This document shows positions 13,733-26,919 of a DNA stretch of 64,000 nucleotides, one piece after another. Each line of letters begins with the position of its first letter. Within the stretch, counting starts at the first letter, position 1. The stretch is from Bugula neritina (taxonomy: Eukaryota; Animalia; Bryozoa). Made by a program: the position numbers and the translations under genes. A model generated the notes under the pieces. It saw only the letters and a program-made list of their open reading frames with translations, was not told the origin of the DNA and ran no database searches. Location: NCBI GenBank assembly GCA_964035545.1, contig OZ037769.1, positions 4,135,929 to 4,199,928 on the forward strand, in the 5' to 3' direction.

Positions 13733-16700
13733 TTAGTAGCAGTTGGTTGGTAAAGACGGTCTCACAACTGGGCAAACCTGAGGTATAAATCTATTGATAA
13801 CTAAATTCTGTACATTGCTAGCTAAGCCACAGCCTTCTTTTTTTGCATCTTCATAACATTGGTTGACTTCATCTCTCTTACTACTGTTAAATACAATATA
13901 ATGCAAATGTAAACCATTTATAAATTACTGATGCTATCATAGTATCAAGTTACAATTATGATCCAACAGAATTTATTATAAATTTTTTTTGTAAATTGTA
14001 AACACAGTCAAATTTATAGAATTTTTAACAGAGTAGTTTCTATATCAATTATATACAAGTAATACCTAATTTATAAAATTTGTAATAAACTAGATGGTTA
14101 TTGCTTGTAGTTCTGTTACCCTATAAGCTAAAATGACTGAAGCAGACTATATAACTTACCAGTTGACAGTTTTACCATCACTTTCAAACAATGTTTGTAC
14201 ACATCTTGCAAGTCTTCCACAACCTGAATATAAAGAAATTCACAGTTATTTGACACATCTTGAAAAAAGTAAAGTACTTTCTGTTGAGAGAATTGAGAGA
14301 ATTCTTAGAGTTTTTTTAAATACCAAAACTATACTAGCATAAAAAAATTGATTAACTAAATGTAAAACAAAGCTGCTGGTTATAATAATATATAGAGAAA
14401 GCTGAATTATTATTTAAAATTAATGTTGGAAAGCCATTTTTCATTAGCTATGTCTATATACGATATTTTAATTTACTTGTTTACCAATCTATGTTTAATT
14501 TTTTTCTATTATTTTAGCTGTGATACGTAATAATAATGTGAAATAAAATGTTCATCTGATTTGAAAATGCAGTTAGGGGCTCAAAAAACTAAAAAAATAT
14601 ATATTTATTGACTATAATATTATAGTAATCAACACTTCGAAAATATTGCAATAAAATAAACATATTGCCTTTTTTGTGTATACCAAGAGATTATAGCATA
14701 TAAAATATTTATACCGTCTGCTGGAAAATCAATGTTAAAGTTTCCACAGTTTCTTTGAAATAACAAAACAACTTGAATTCCCTGAGACACTCTCTTGACA
14801 GGGTCTTTCACTACACAGTTGGTTATTGCATCAGCTACCAATGCTCGGGCACTGCAACATTAATAGAAATTGATATATAGTGATTGTCAAAAGCGTATTA
14901 TACATATTATACTGTCAACATAATGTAGAAATACTAATTTGCATATAAATATGTTTTAAAGTAAATGTTATCATTGTCCAAACATCAATTAAAATACTAA
15001 AATAATTTCAACAAGTTTTATCAGCTACAACATAAAACTTCAACTATACAGATATTATGTTTTTGTTCTGTTATGAAAGTGTATATATATATATTATGTA
15101 GAAAATTCAATATCTATGCTAACCAAATTAGCAATGCTGTGGTTATATAGTTACATCCAAGTTTAATAATAGTTGTCATATTAAATGCTTAGTTTCTAAT
15201 TTTAAATATTATTGCAATATATATATTCATGATAACTTTATAAAGTGATAGTGAGTTTTTGTTTTATCTGCTCTTATTTTCACTTGTAGAAAGATTTCAA
15301 CTTGCTAAAGATTATATATATTAACACATGACCTAACATCATTGGCATAGTTGCATTATATAATGGTTCAGACGAGTTCACCTCAAGCAGCTGAAGTTAT
15401 GCTGACCGTTAACGAAAAATGTTGAACTGAATTTTTAATTTTCTCTTTCTCTAAAATTTATTTAAAATGAAGTATATTTATGATAATACTTTCAAAATGA
15501 TAACAGAAACTATTTCACTCACCTCAAGCAGCTAGCACGCGTCTTTTGATTAACCAGCTGCTTATACTTGCAGAAAGTTCTTGCCAAATTATCTTCACAA
15601 ACTAAAGTATACATTAAATTTGGTTAATGATAAAATGAAATAAGAAAACTTCACTTGTTCAAAATTGTTACAAGAAAATGTTGAACAATTTAGTTTAAAC
15701 CCTAAATAAAAGCATATTAACACTCTTTCTCAACAACTAAAGCTAAGACATTTTACTTTTCCAACTAAATAATTATATTGTATTATTGTATCATTATAAT
15801 TATTTTTAATTATAATTATATTATATAAGATGAATATTTTATTTTACTCTTGATTAATTTGTTCTATTTTATCATATATGGCTAATATCTTGCAGAAGTT
15901 TATATTATACCTGGTGGTCCGTGATTGTAGTTATAATTATTCTGGTAACCACTGGAACAGTGAGCTCCTGAAGTAAAATACAAAGTTTTGATATAAGCTG
16001 TAACTATATTCTTTTTAAAAGTCAACTATGAAACAGGTTTTTAGTACAACAACATATACAATAGGCCTATTATTAAAATCCGGAATCAGCATAATCTAGT
16101 CAAAATCCAACAAAATAATGTATAAAAAGCTGTTGATTAAATTTTTGTGCATGAGATCTTGCAAAAACTATTCCAATTTCCACTTACATTAATTGATTTA
16201 TTATCACATTTTTTGTATTTCAACTGCTAAAACAGATGCAAGTTGTACTGCTGCTTTTAATGTAGATAACATGCAGCACTCTATATTATGAGTACATATT
16301 ATAGAAAGCTATAATGAAGTTTTTAACTTGAAGAACTCACCTATGAATAGTGCAGCAGCACACACCCAGATGGTTAATAAACTTTTTCCAGACACTAAAA
16401 ATAAAGAAATATTTATAATTTACATTTCCTTACATAAAACATATCAAAAATAGTTTTAAAATATAAATGCTAATATTATTGTATTGGATTGTGCAACCAG
16501 TTACATATATAGTCAAAATATGCACGCTTACAAAATTAAAAAAATTATAAAATCTTTCGTAATTCATTGTTATAGCTATTTTATGCTTTATACAAACTAT
16601 TAGAATAAAGGTATCTCTAAAACCACTTTATGTTATATGCAGCTATAGATGTTTATAATAATCATAAAGAAAGATTGTGCTTTTATTAAACATAGTTTTT

Positions 16701-17126
16701 GTCTCTTATTATATAAAACTAGCATTGCAGACTTATATATACAAAAGTTAGTTTAAAGAAATGATTTTTAAATGGATTAATTATATAGCAGTTAATTAAA
16801 ATACAAAATAAAGTTGGTTGCAGTAATTGCAGTTATATTTTGGCTATAATTATAGATACCAATTAAATAAAACCAGCAATTGGGTATTTTGATTTTAAAC
16901 CCTCGGTATATGCTATTATTTTATAAATTTAAAATATTTTTAAAATAAGCTAAACTTGACTCAGTAAAACCTATTAGGCCTATAGTTAAAATAAATTTAT
17001 ATACTTGAGAAAAAATGTTGTTATTATAACTAGTTCAATTTTTGACCTTTCAAAGATTGTATTTTACTAAATATTTGTCAAAAATCAGAAGATACTTTTC
17101 ATAAATTAAAATAATAACTTACACAT
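13733..17126 (-). CDS. Secreted 12-Cys protein, paralog 2 (181 aa)
   Basis: Exons (minus) 17126-17123, 16394-16341, 15967-15911, 15601-15523, 14851-14715, 14223-14160, 13883-13733. MLSGKSLLTIWVCAAALFIGAHCSSGYQNNYNYNHGPPVCEDNLARTFCKYKQLVNQKTRASCLSARALVADAITNCVVKDPVKRVSQGIQVVLLFQRNCGNFNIDFPADGCGRLARCVQTLFESDGKTVNCSKRDEVNQCYEDAKKEGCGLASNVQNLVINRFIPQVCPVVRPSLPTNCY*. ORF 14629..14841 contains most of exon 5. Confidence 0.9.
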
Positions 17127-17203
17127 TTTCAAGTAGACTATGTTTTTATTGTGCTATAGGTAACACTTGTATACTTAAAATGGTAATGGGATCAAAGCTA
17201 CAG

Positions 17204-17241
17204 TGCTTATATTTAATATCTAGTAAAGTGTATTAGCCAAT
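17204..17241 (-). promoter_or_regulatory. Core promoter of paralog 2
   Basis: Near-identical inverted copy of the paralog 1 promoter (CCAAT at 17237-17241). Confidence 0.55.
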
Positions 17242-19667
17242 AGCATTACTAGATATATTCTTAGGAGGCATTGCTCCAATAAACATTTATAAATAGCTGA
17301 GGTTGTGCTTCCATCGTGATTAATAGCTTTCCACATTTCTATTTGATGTGTAGAACGTGGCGCATATTCCACAGCAGTTTCTGCTGATTCACCAGTCGTA
17401 TCACGTACAGATATCTAGCAAATCAGATAATAAGTTGCTGAGGGAAAATTCTTGTGACACATATTGTGAACAATTAAATTGATTGATTGGTATGAATACT
17501 CAACACTGCATGTTTTACTTAACATAAACATTTGAGCTTAGAAGACAACACTTATATTATTATTTACAGTAGAATAATTTTCTTACTATAACTTGAATGC
17601 ATTTAGTTTTGTTTGTGTATAAGGAATATATATATATTATTAAATAATTTTGCCCGCGGCATTTTTATTAACAATTTTTTAGACTGATGAAAGAATAAAT
17701 AAATAAATATTACTAGATTTGATATCTGTAACATAATAAATATTATATAAGTATTAACTGACATAGAAATTGAATATAAATAAACTTTTTCACTTCCAAG
17801 ACAATTTTTTCAAATTCCCTACCCCTAATTAAGCCAATATGATACTTCTATTTCTACCAAATAAGGTTACATCACCCTCAGCCATATATATAGCTAACTT
17901 TGGCTTTGGTAGTAAAAGCCTTTATACTGTGATGTGATTTATAATAACAAGATTTTTGAGAAATCTTGGAAACTGTATTTATGACATAACGTAATTTTGT
18001 GTCAAAGAAAACTGGTTGAATCTCAAGTGTTGATTCAAATTTCAAACTTACTCAAGCCCCACAATGCAACTCAAAACTTGGTACATCACTTTCAACTTAC
18101 TTAAGAGAGTCAGAATTAGAGTCCCCTCATGCAGTCTTTACTTTTACCACTTCAATAGCGAATATCCAAGCCGTACAAGCTGGTAGGAAATCCGAATGCT
18201 TGCAGGGTAGTTTATAGCCAATCACCTCAGGTTAGCATGTAGATAACCTGATAAATACTATAAACCACATTATATATTTCAAAACTTTGATATGTTTTAG
18301 AGTATAGGCTTTTCTATTGCTCTAATATTATCAGTTTTATATTTAAAGCTCAAATATACAATATGCTACTATATAATCTATATTAAAATTCAACTATTTA
18401 TTTTATAAATTGTCTCAATTTCAAAGCTTTTTATTTGAAGATATGGCAGCTAATCAATTGCTTTGATTAAAGGCAAACAGGTCAATAACACAAAATAACT
18501 TATTTTCTAAAGAAAAATTTTAAAGGGATGATTGGAATTTGCTGTAAAGTAACAGCATGTCTTTTACTTGAAAATAATACTGATTTGTTTGTTATAGGTT
18601 ATAGCAAAAAACTTTGAAATTTCAAAATGCTGCAAGTTATAATTCCTAATGAAGCTTCCAACTTTTTAAATGAAATCAAAACTAATCTATTGTGATATTT
18701 TAAACTGTATATGTATGGCTACAATATTCAATATTATTTTCCCATTTGCACCCGTCACAATATGCTTTATTCTAACAGACGTATTATAGTATATAAATTG
18801 CAGCCACATTTCCACACTGCTCTTAATAATAAGTAAAATACACATTATTATATATAATAATATGTATCATATTTTAACATACATGTAGCTTTCTAGTGTA
18901 AAAGCCTTAAATATAATATTCTATAAATTTACTAGTTGTTATTGGAAACAAATTTTCTTTATGCAGCATAATCATTCTAATTTTTCACAATTAATTTTTG
19001 CGGCAGCAAATATTGCCTGCACTAAACTCTAAACAGTCAGTTTTAACATAAAATAAATCTTAGCATCATTGACATAGTTTTACATATCTTAGTTTTAAAC
19101 AAGTCTTTATACATTAGATTTGTGATGCATCATAATTAATCAAAACAAAACATTGGTACATGCACAAGTTTCCCTATCAACTGTCAAAGCAGAGTAGAAA
19201 CAATCTTTCGTGTTTTCCTTAGTTCTGAATATATTTAAAGTGAGTCATGATGCTTTGAATTATATTAAATTTCTTAAAATGCATGGAAGCTTTTCTGGCT
19301 CTATTTATATCTAATTAATATGCATGATTGGCTGTTTTCTTAAATGTAATCAATATGCCAGTTAGATAATTATTCTAGTTTCAACACCAAAAACCTGATA
19401 TCATGAATATAGCAATAAATATTATATATGAAAACAAAGTATTGCTTCCTTACCAAATTCATGGAATTTCATGAGGATATGGCACATATATATATTTTTA
19501 CAGAGAGCAACTGTTAGCTAAGCCTCTAAGCTGTTTGCCAATTGCATTACCTCATGCATTTTGTACCATGCAATGCTTTTAGTTCATGTTCTACAAAGTA
19601 GAATTTGACTTTATTTGTTGCAGCAGATATTGTTTATATATAATGCAAATTGAAGCATATGCATAAA

Positions 19668-20237
19668 GGGCAGCCGCAGGCCTAGGAATTAAAGCTATGG
19701 CTTAGTAAACAAAAAGTCATAAGTTCGAACTCCAGTAAAAGCCTAGCGAGACACTCGTGAGAATTACACGAAATAGTCTATTTTACACGAAAACACAAAC
19801 GTACGATCAAATTTGAAAAAATTCATACGAAGACGATGGACGAAAGAGCGAAATTGACGACAAGCACCACTTGGTCAATAGAATTTTAGCAACAGTGAGT
19901 ATTTCAGTTCTACCACGCTTCTGTGTCCGGTAATTTTATGCTGTTTGTATCTCGTGCAAGACTCATATACAGACTATTTATTATGTGTTTCGTCTGATAT
20001 GAACGTGACTGGTCATAACGAGAGGATAACTCACGACAATATTTACACAAATTTTGTGTGATTCTCATGAGTGTGTGGCCAGGCCTCAAAGGTAATTGGT
20101 GATGTTAGGAAGGGCATCTAGTCATAATTACTCCTTTGCCACATATGAATAGGTTCTTTGCCTGCTTCAAACAAATTCTTTTCATCAGGGATTCTCACAG
20201 GGATTATAGTGACTATCAACTTGTGGGAGTTTTATGG
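19668..20237 (+). mobile_element. tRNA-derived SINE interrupted by a MITE
   Basis: Head with B-box GTTCGAACTCC near 19723; body GGTGATGTTAGGAAGGGCATC...TCTCACAGGGAT shared with copies at 49831, 51571 and 63020. Confidence 0.75.
19739..20086. mobile_element. 348-bp MITE, PIF/Harbinger-like
   Basis: About 36-bp imperfect TIRs (aagcctagcgagacactcgtgagaattacacgaaat vs reverse complement aggcctggccacacactcatgagaatcacacaaaat); flanks TAA / CAA; removing it restores the SINE consensus. Confidence 0.75.
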
Positions 20238-23200
20238 ATTGAAGCATATACCTGTATACTAAAGCTCATATTAAACCTTTTTGATCAGCTTTTAAAATCA
20301 GGATATAATACATAGTTTCCAGGATTACATACTTCCATACTCTTCTGATTAATGATCTGTCACTAGCTGTAAATTAAGCAATGCACAAATTTCAACTCAA
20401 GTGCATTCCGTTTATCTAATTAGTAATTTCAAGCAAGAAAAACAACCCTTTAAATTTAAAATTAGTGAAATAGCCAATTTACATCATATATTACTTTTAA
20501 GTTTGTATAAATATGATATAGTATCTAACGACTGCAAAATATTATGCTAGCAGTTTATTGTTTGCATTAAGAAATAATATGAATCACCAAATTGTTATTA
20601 TGTAATAAATTAATGACGTATTTGTTTATGTATAAACATTCTTTGTACTTCTAGTTACTAGATGGTAACCACCGAGTACTGCTTGCGTAATGAAAAATGT
20701 TGCAAAACTTTATTCAAAATAAAATTTTGCAATTGCCTTTAGCAACCATAAACAGAGGGCTGTATCTTATAGCCGTAAGTGTATATTTACAGTTTCTTAA
20801 CCTTTAGCAAAATTATTTTACAAAGTTTACCAAGCAATAGAGCATAGTATGCTTTTTAGTAAATTCAATTCAACTAATTTTAATTCATAGTAAGGACCAT
20901 CTTTTTAAAATATATTAAGATTTTAACGTGCAACAGCAACATATCTAGGCTTATCTTGCTCTCTTACGTTCTCTCTCCTCTTCTACAAATATTGTGAAAC
21001 ATGTCAATAAATGTTGTGCTGAATTATTTAAACATTCAAACTACAATTGATTACAAGTTTTATAGTGTATGCTGTGAACCTATAAACATCATTTATTAAG
21101 CAAGTGTGTATTGGTCCAGTATACAAAAGCATATTTTGCTAGAATGACATAGCAAATTGAAAACTACAGAATGAAATCATACACTAGCTTGTACTTTTTG
21201 AAGCCAGTGATTGCATTTATATATTCAACTGGAAGCATGCGGGTACATCATAATTTAGTTATGCGGAAATGTGGTATAATTAATCTTTCACCAAATTCAC
21301 CAACTGGTAGTATAAGCTTCATAAAATGCTTAGCAAAAACTACTTGTCAATATTTGTTTCCTTGAACCAATACCAGCCACTGCATGATGTAAAGTCTTTT
21401 TTATCCTGAATCAGTTATTCTAATCTGTCAACTCTGGTTTTAAAATGTCTGCTGATGTTGAAGAAACTTTTATTTCTTAACTTAAAAACAATAAAAACCC
21501 TTGAATAAGTAGGTACTTCTATATATAATGCGATTCAGCCATCAATAATTAATAATGCCTTGTTTTAACTCCAGCAAATACCAGGATAAGCTGTTAGTAT
21601 TTTTGTTTGGTTTCAGAGAGCATGCTTAATTTACTCAATTAACTTAGTGCTTTTGTGTAAATATATTAATTGAGCTCCAAGAACAAATCTTTTACAGTTG
21701 AGCCTGCATGCAAGGACAGATATTTTAGCTATTATAGGTTAAAAACAAGATATTTCAACTAAGGCTAAAAAAATATTTTAGTGACAGAACAAAACTTTTT
21801 GATACAGGTGAGTATGAGTTGTCTTAAGATAGTCTCCCACTGACCTCCGCCGGGAATTCTGTCTGCAACCGAGTATATGGGAATAATATCATCCTTCCAC
21901 CCTTATTTTCAAAGAGATATCTCTTTGAACAGAGGTATATTTTTTCATTTTAATGAAGGCATGGGCTGTACTATAGACGCAACTGATAACAACAGCAACA
22001 ATAGACTTAGATCTACAATACTTAAACATGGTTACATCCTACTTGCTAGATGTTTCTTATATAATATACATTGTAAAATTAAATGGAGATCGTATATTTA
22101 TATATATTCAATTATTTGACTACTACATTACTTATGGAGCTCTGTTTTCACAACTCTCAAAGCACTGCAAAGACTTTGATAAATGACAACAGGTATATGT
22201 TGTCTTGCCGTGACCCGAATAAGTATTCTGTTTTTCGTCAATAACATAGCATTCTGTTACCAAAACTCAAGCTTTGCGTAATGTTGAAAAATAGATGCAA
22301 GTATTTACAAAAAATATGGTTGTATTTTTTTACTTACTTTAATGCATGTTGGCATAGAATAGAATGCATATCAGCATTTTTTATAGTTTTTTAAAAAATC
22401 TATTGTTTCACTAAGAAAATTGAAATTATCCTAGAGTTGCATCATTTACAGCACAGTATAAATAAATTGCGTTTTGTTGTTACTTAAGAATTTACTGCGG
22501 CTTGTAGGAGTTACCAACCCCTTAAATATTATTTAGTAGCTTTTGCTATTGCTGCAAAACCTAGAGCGAGCAATATCGTTTTGTGAAAGTATTAAAATAA
22601 TGATCATGAACTTAAAATATTGATGAAGTACTTGAATCGTGGCTCTATGGAAGACAACTCCCATTGTAAAGTAATTGTGTATTACTTGACAGTTTATACA
22701 ATGTGTTTTGCGGGACTTTTCATTTGAGTTGTCTGCCCACGCAGTGCTTGTCAATTTTCATACAAGATAATTTCATGTCAATCAAATTAAAATCTTTCAA
22801 GCAGTCTTGAATGAATGAACGATTTCATACCGTATACATGCTAAGATAATGCGGATTAAAGATTTTCTCGAATTATCAAAAACTGCCACTTTGCCGCTTT
22901 TCTGACTGCTGAAATAGCTTGTGAGAATGAAATACATATGTAGTGTATGCACAAAATTTCATGACATTTTTAAAATTGAACGTCACATTGTCATGGCTAA
23001 AGATCACATTTATTCCAACTCTGTCATCAACTCAATGCCATAATTAGTAAAGTTATAAATAGGACACTGAAGCGTATAATATTATAATAGGTATTTATAT
23101 AACTTATTAGCATAAAGCCTTATAGATGGAAGTCTACGCAAATTTCCAAAGTTTTGGCTTCATTTTCACAGCAATTTGCTCAAAAATCAAACGTTATAAT

Positions 23201-23779
23201 ACATGCATACTTTTAGGACGCAAATGATTATGATTGTTACCATTGCTCTATTTTTGTAGTTACTATGTTCTTGGCTACATGAGGTTTATTTCAATGCGTA
23301 CCATATAATCTACCCTTACAAATTATTACAAAACTAATATTCATGCAAATGCTTAGAGTGAATTATGTCCAAGATGTACAAAACATGTTTACTAATTTCT
23401 GATTTGTATTCAGTTTGTATGCTTTTATAGTAAACAAAGTAAAAAAACTTTTTGAAGCAAAATTTAGCTGTTGCATTAATTTATTTTCAAATGCATTTAC
23501 TGTTACATAACTTTACTACTTGCTTCAACACTGAATTTCAGCAGTTCAACTTTAACAAAACATAATAACATAAATGTGATAACATTTCAACACTGACCAA
23601 GTTATAACAATGCAATGTATGTGTTTAGATAAGTAGCAATATGAGTTGGTTTGTTGAGTAGCAAAGCATAAACAGCAAATTATTCAGAGAAAATGCTTTC
23701 TAAACATAATAATGAATATTAGTCAACGTTTTTGAAATATTATATGCTTCAGTATATTAATGCTCTGAAAGATAGCACT

Positions 23780-25410
23780 TTAGTAGCAGTTGGTAGGTAA
23801 AGCTGGTGTTACAGCTGGACAAATCTGAGATGCAAATCTCTGGGCAACTAAATTCTCTATATTACTGGTTAAACTACAGCCATCTTTCCTTGCATTTTCA
23901 TAGCACTGGTTGACTACATCTCTCTTGCTGCTGTTAAACACAATATCACACATATGAACTGTTCCTAACTTATTAATATGATCAATGACAAACATTGACA
24001 AATATTGTAACATTAAATTAATATAAACTAATTACTCATGATTGAAATGGTAGTAATTTCATGCTCGATCTATAGCATTTTATAGAATACAATTTGAGCA
24101 TACAAGGCTTTAGTTGATTCAAATAAACTATAATGAACTGATCAAATCAAGTAGAGTTAGTCATTAAAAGTTTGATTAAAATTATAATTTTCTTATATAA
24201 GTTTTATTTTGCCTCAGGCTCTAAAGACCTGGAAATAATAACCTTGGCAGAATGACAATTTTACTTTTGTGTGATTTATAGGACTTGTGATAACTTACCA
24301 GTTGACAGTTTTACCGTCACTCTCAAATAGAGTTGATACACATTGTGCCAGTCTTCCACAACCTGAAAATTAGAAAAAAGCTTGCAAATATTCCATGTAT
24401 CATGTATGGGGGGGGGGGGATTAGGGCAAATTCTTATAATTGAATTAATTACTGCAGATCACCAGGTTCTTCTACATATAATTACAGTTTTGGTAAACGA
24501 TTAAGTAACATGGTTTATTGGAAACTGTATTTCTTGATAAATTTTAAAAGATTCAATTACAAATATACGTTCACATTGTTTCAAAAAGTTTGCCTAAATA
24601 TTTTATTTCTTAATAATTCCTCTATGTATAGCAAAGAAATGCGCGGGTGCAGACGTGTATGTAAGTTTGTGTCTGTGTTTGTGTTTGTGCTTGTGCGTGT
24701 GTTTGCAGTATAAACTAGTTCACCAAGTTATACTGGCTTCACAAGTAGTAAAGGCCATTGGTGATATTATAAACTTATAATATAAATCATTTAATTGAGA
24801 TAGTTTACATATAGATGTTCATACCATCTGTAGGAAAGTCAATGTAAAGGTTTCCGCAGTTTCTTTGAAATAACAAAACAACTTGAATTCCCAGCGACAC
24901 TCTCTTGACAGGGTCTTTCACAACACAGTTGGTTATTGCATCAGCTACTATTGACCGAGCACTACAATATTAAAAAAAAATTTGTCAATTATATTATTGT
25001 TATATATACGCATTGACAATTTTGTATGCTAAATGCGTTAGTAATTTAACATACTTTGTCTGCTTTAGCATAAATAGCTAAAAATATGAAGCTTTTAACT
25101 AGTTTGTGGAAAACTCTTAGCATATCAACCACACTAAAAACTTTGTGATTTGGTATGCTGAGTGTTAACAAAAGTTGCTAGATTAAATTATTAATTTCTT
25201 TTATCTATAATATAAAAACAAAGTATATATATGTATATACATATGTATACTTTGTTTTTGATAAACCCATAAAATACTAACAGAGATTATTTCACATACC
25301 TCAAGCAGCTAGCACGTGTCCTCTGATTAACCAACTGCTTAAATCTGCAGAAACCTCTTGCCAAATCATCTTCACAGACTAAAATTAAAAAAATAAAGCT
25401 TTACTTTTCT

Positions 25411-25481
<71 letters not shown>

Positions 25482-26804
25482 ATTTTTTTAAATTTAACAC
25501 AATTATATTCCTTTTGATAAAAACAAAAAATTGTAAAAAAGTTTCTACTTACCATAATCATAACAATAACTTGAAAACACTAACGCCTTTGTTTGATTTT
25601 TACAGTCAAAATGCAGAACTTACCTGGCTGGTATGATCGTTGGTTGTAGCTATGACCGTTGCCATGGCCGGGCGTGCAGTGAGCCCCTACAATAAAATAG
25701 TGGATCTCAGTGTATCTGTCATTCTATCTAATGTATATAACATTTATTTAATGTATTTGTCTATTTTTCTTGTAACACTATTCATATAATGACTTCTAAA
25801 ACTATAATTGCCCAATTTTTTTTTCATTCATGTTATTATATTATACTAAAACACAAAACTCATTTTTAAACAAGGTTTTTAAGATGATTCAAGATTAATA
25901 ACTCCTTCAACTATCAGTTTCACTTTTGTCAATAATGAGTATGCTTGTATTTCATACTTTAATCTTTATTTAAGATAAGTTGGGTGGTTTTAGGACAGAG
26001 GTTGTGAGGCAAAGTACTATAATATTCCTCTGCATACTATTCCTTAAGCTGCTAATTTAGCAACTTACCAATGAATAGTGCAGTAGCCAGCACCCAGATG
26101 GATAGAATACTTTTTCCGGACACTGAAATAGACAAAAAGACGTTATTTTTAAACTGTTATATATAATAGTGCGAAAGAAACTGAGAGTATGTGGTTAGAA
26201 ATGACAAAAAAATATATATGTGTGTCACTACAATTATATAATAGTTATTAGCCATTAAAATTTCTAAAAAAAATATTATCGTTAAGTACCTTAACTAAAA
26301 ATGTGACTACAATAGTTGCTACTTTTTGTATTCACACAAAAGAATTCTAATCCTAAGCTTTTTTTTAAAACTAAGTTTGGTATTTTATTAAAATTATTAC
26401 AAAATTTATGGTATTTAACTTTACAATTATTATATAAATAGCAAGCCTCAAAAAAAATATTGTAAAATAAAAAATATTGTTATTCAATTTATGACTTAAT
26501 TTTAAAACCAAAATAATACCTTTTGAATTCAAGAATAAGATTATTACATCATGATTCTCTTTTTGCAATAAACTAATATAGTTTGACGTTAGAAGCAGTT
26601 AAACCAACTTCTATATTGATACAATTATTGCATTTATTGATGAGTTTGATCTCAAAGATTCAGTGAATAAGCTTCAGCAATAGATTGACAAAAAAAAATA
26701 TGATGACAAAAGAAAATGATGTATTTACTTTTCTTGAAAATTTATCAATTGGTTTTTAAAATACAATACTAAGAAAATCAACTGGCAGCTCTATATTTAC
26801 GCAT
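23780..26804 (-). CDS. Secreted 12-Cys protein, paralog 3 (183 aa)
   Basis: Exons (minus) 26804-26801, 26122-26069, 25686-25624, 25378-25300, 24961-24825, 24362-24299, 23930-23780. MLSGKSILSIWVLATALFIGAHCTPGHGNGHSYNQRSYQPVCEDDLARGFCRFKQLVNQRTRASCLSARSIVADAITNCVVKDPVKRVSLGIQVVLLFQRNCGNLYIDFPTDGCGRLAQCVSTLFESDGKTVNCSKRDVVNQCYENARKDGCSLTSNIENLVAQRFASQICPAVTPALPTNCY*. Confidence 0.9.
25214..25259. repeat. 46-bp near-perfect palindrome
   Basis: aaaaacaaagtatatatatgtat / atacatatgtatactttgttttt, one mismatch. Confidence 0.9.
25413..25482. repeat. (TA)n microsatellite
   Basis: Direct reading. Confidence 0.95.
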
Positions 26805-26883
26805 ATTGAGGAGTACAACGTTTTGGCACCAGGTATATATAGCCAATGTATGTTTAGTATGATAGTTGCTCAAAACTGTCAAG

Positions 26884-26919
26884 TTTATATACGAAATCGA
26901 CCAAAATTTGTTAACCAAT
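26884..26919 (-). promoter_or_regulatory. Core promoter of paralog 3 (ATTGG...TATATAAAC)
   Basis: CCAAT 26915-26919; TATATAAA on minus strand at 26884-26891. Confidence 0.6.
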
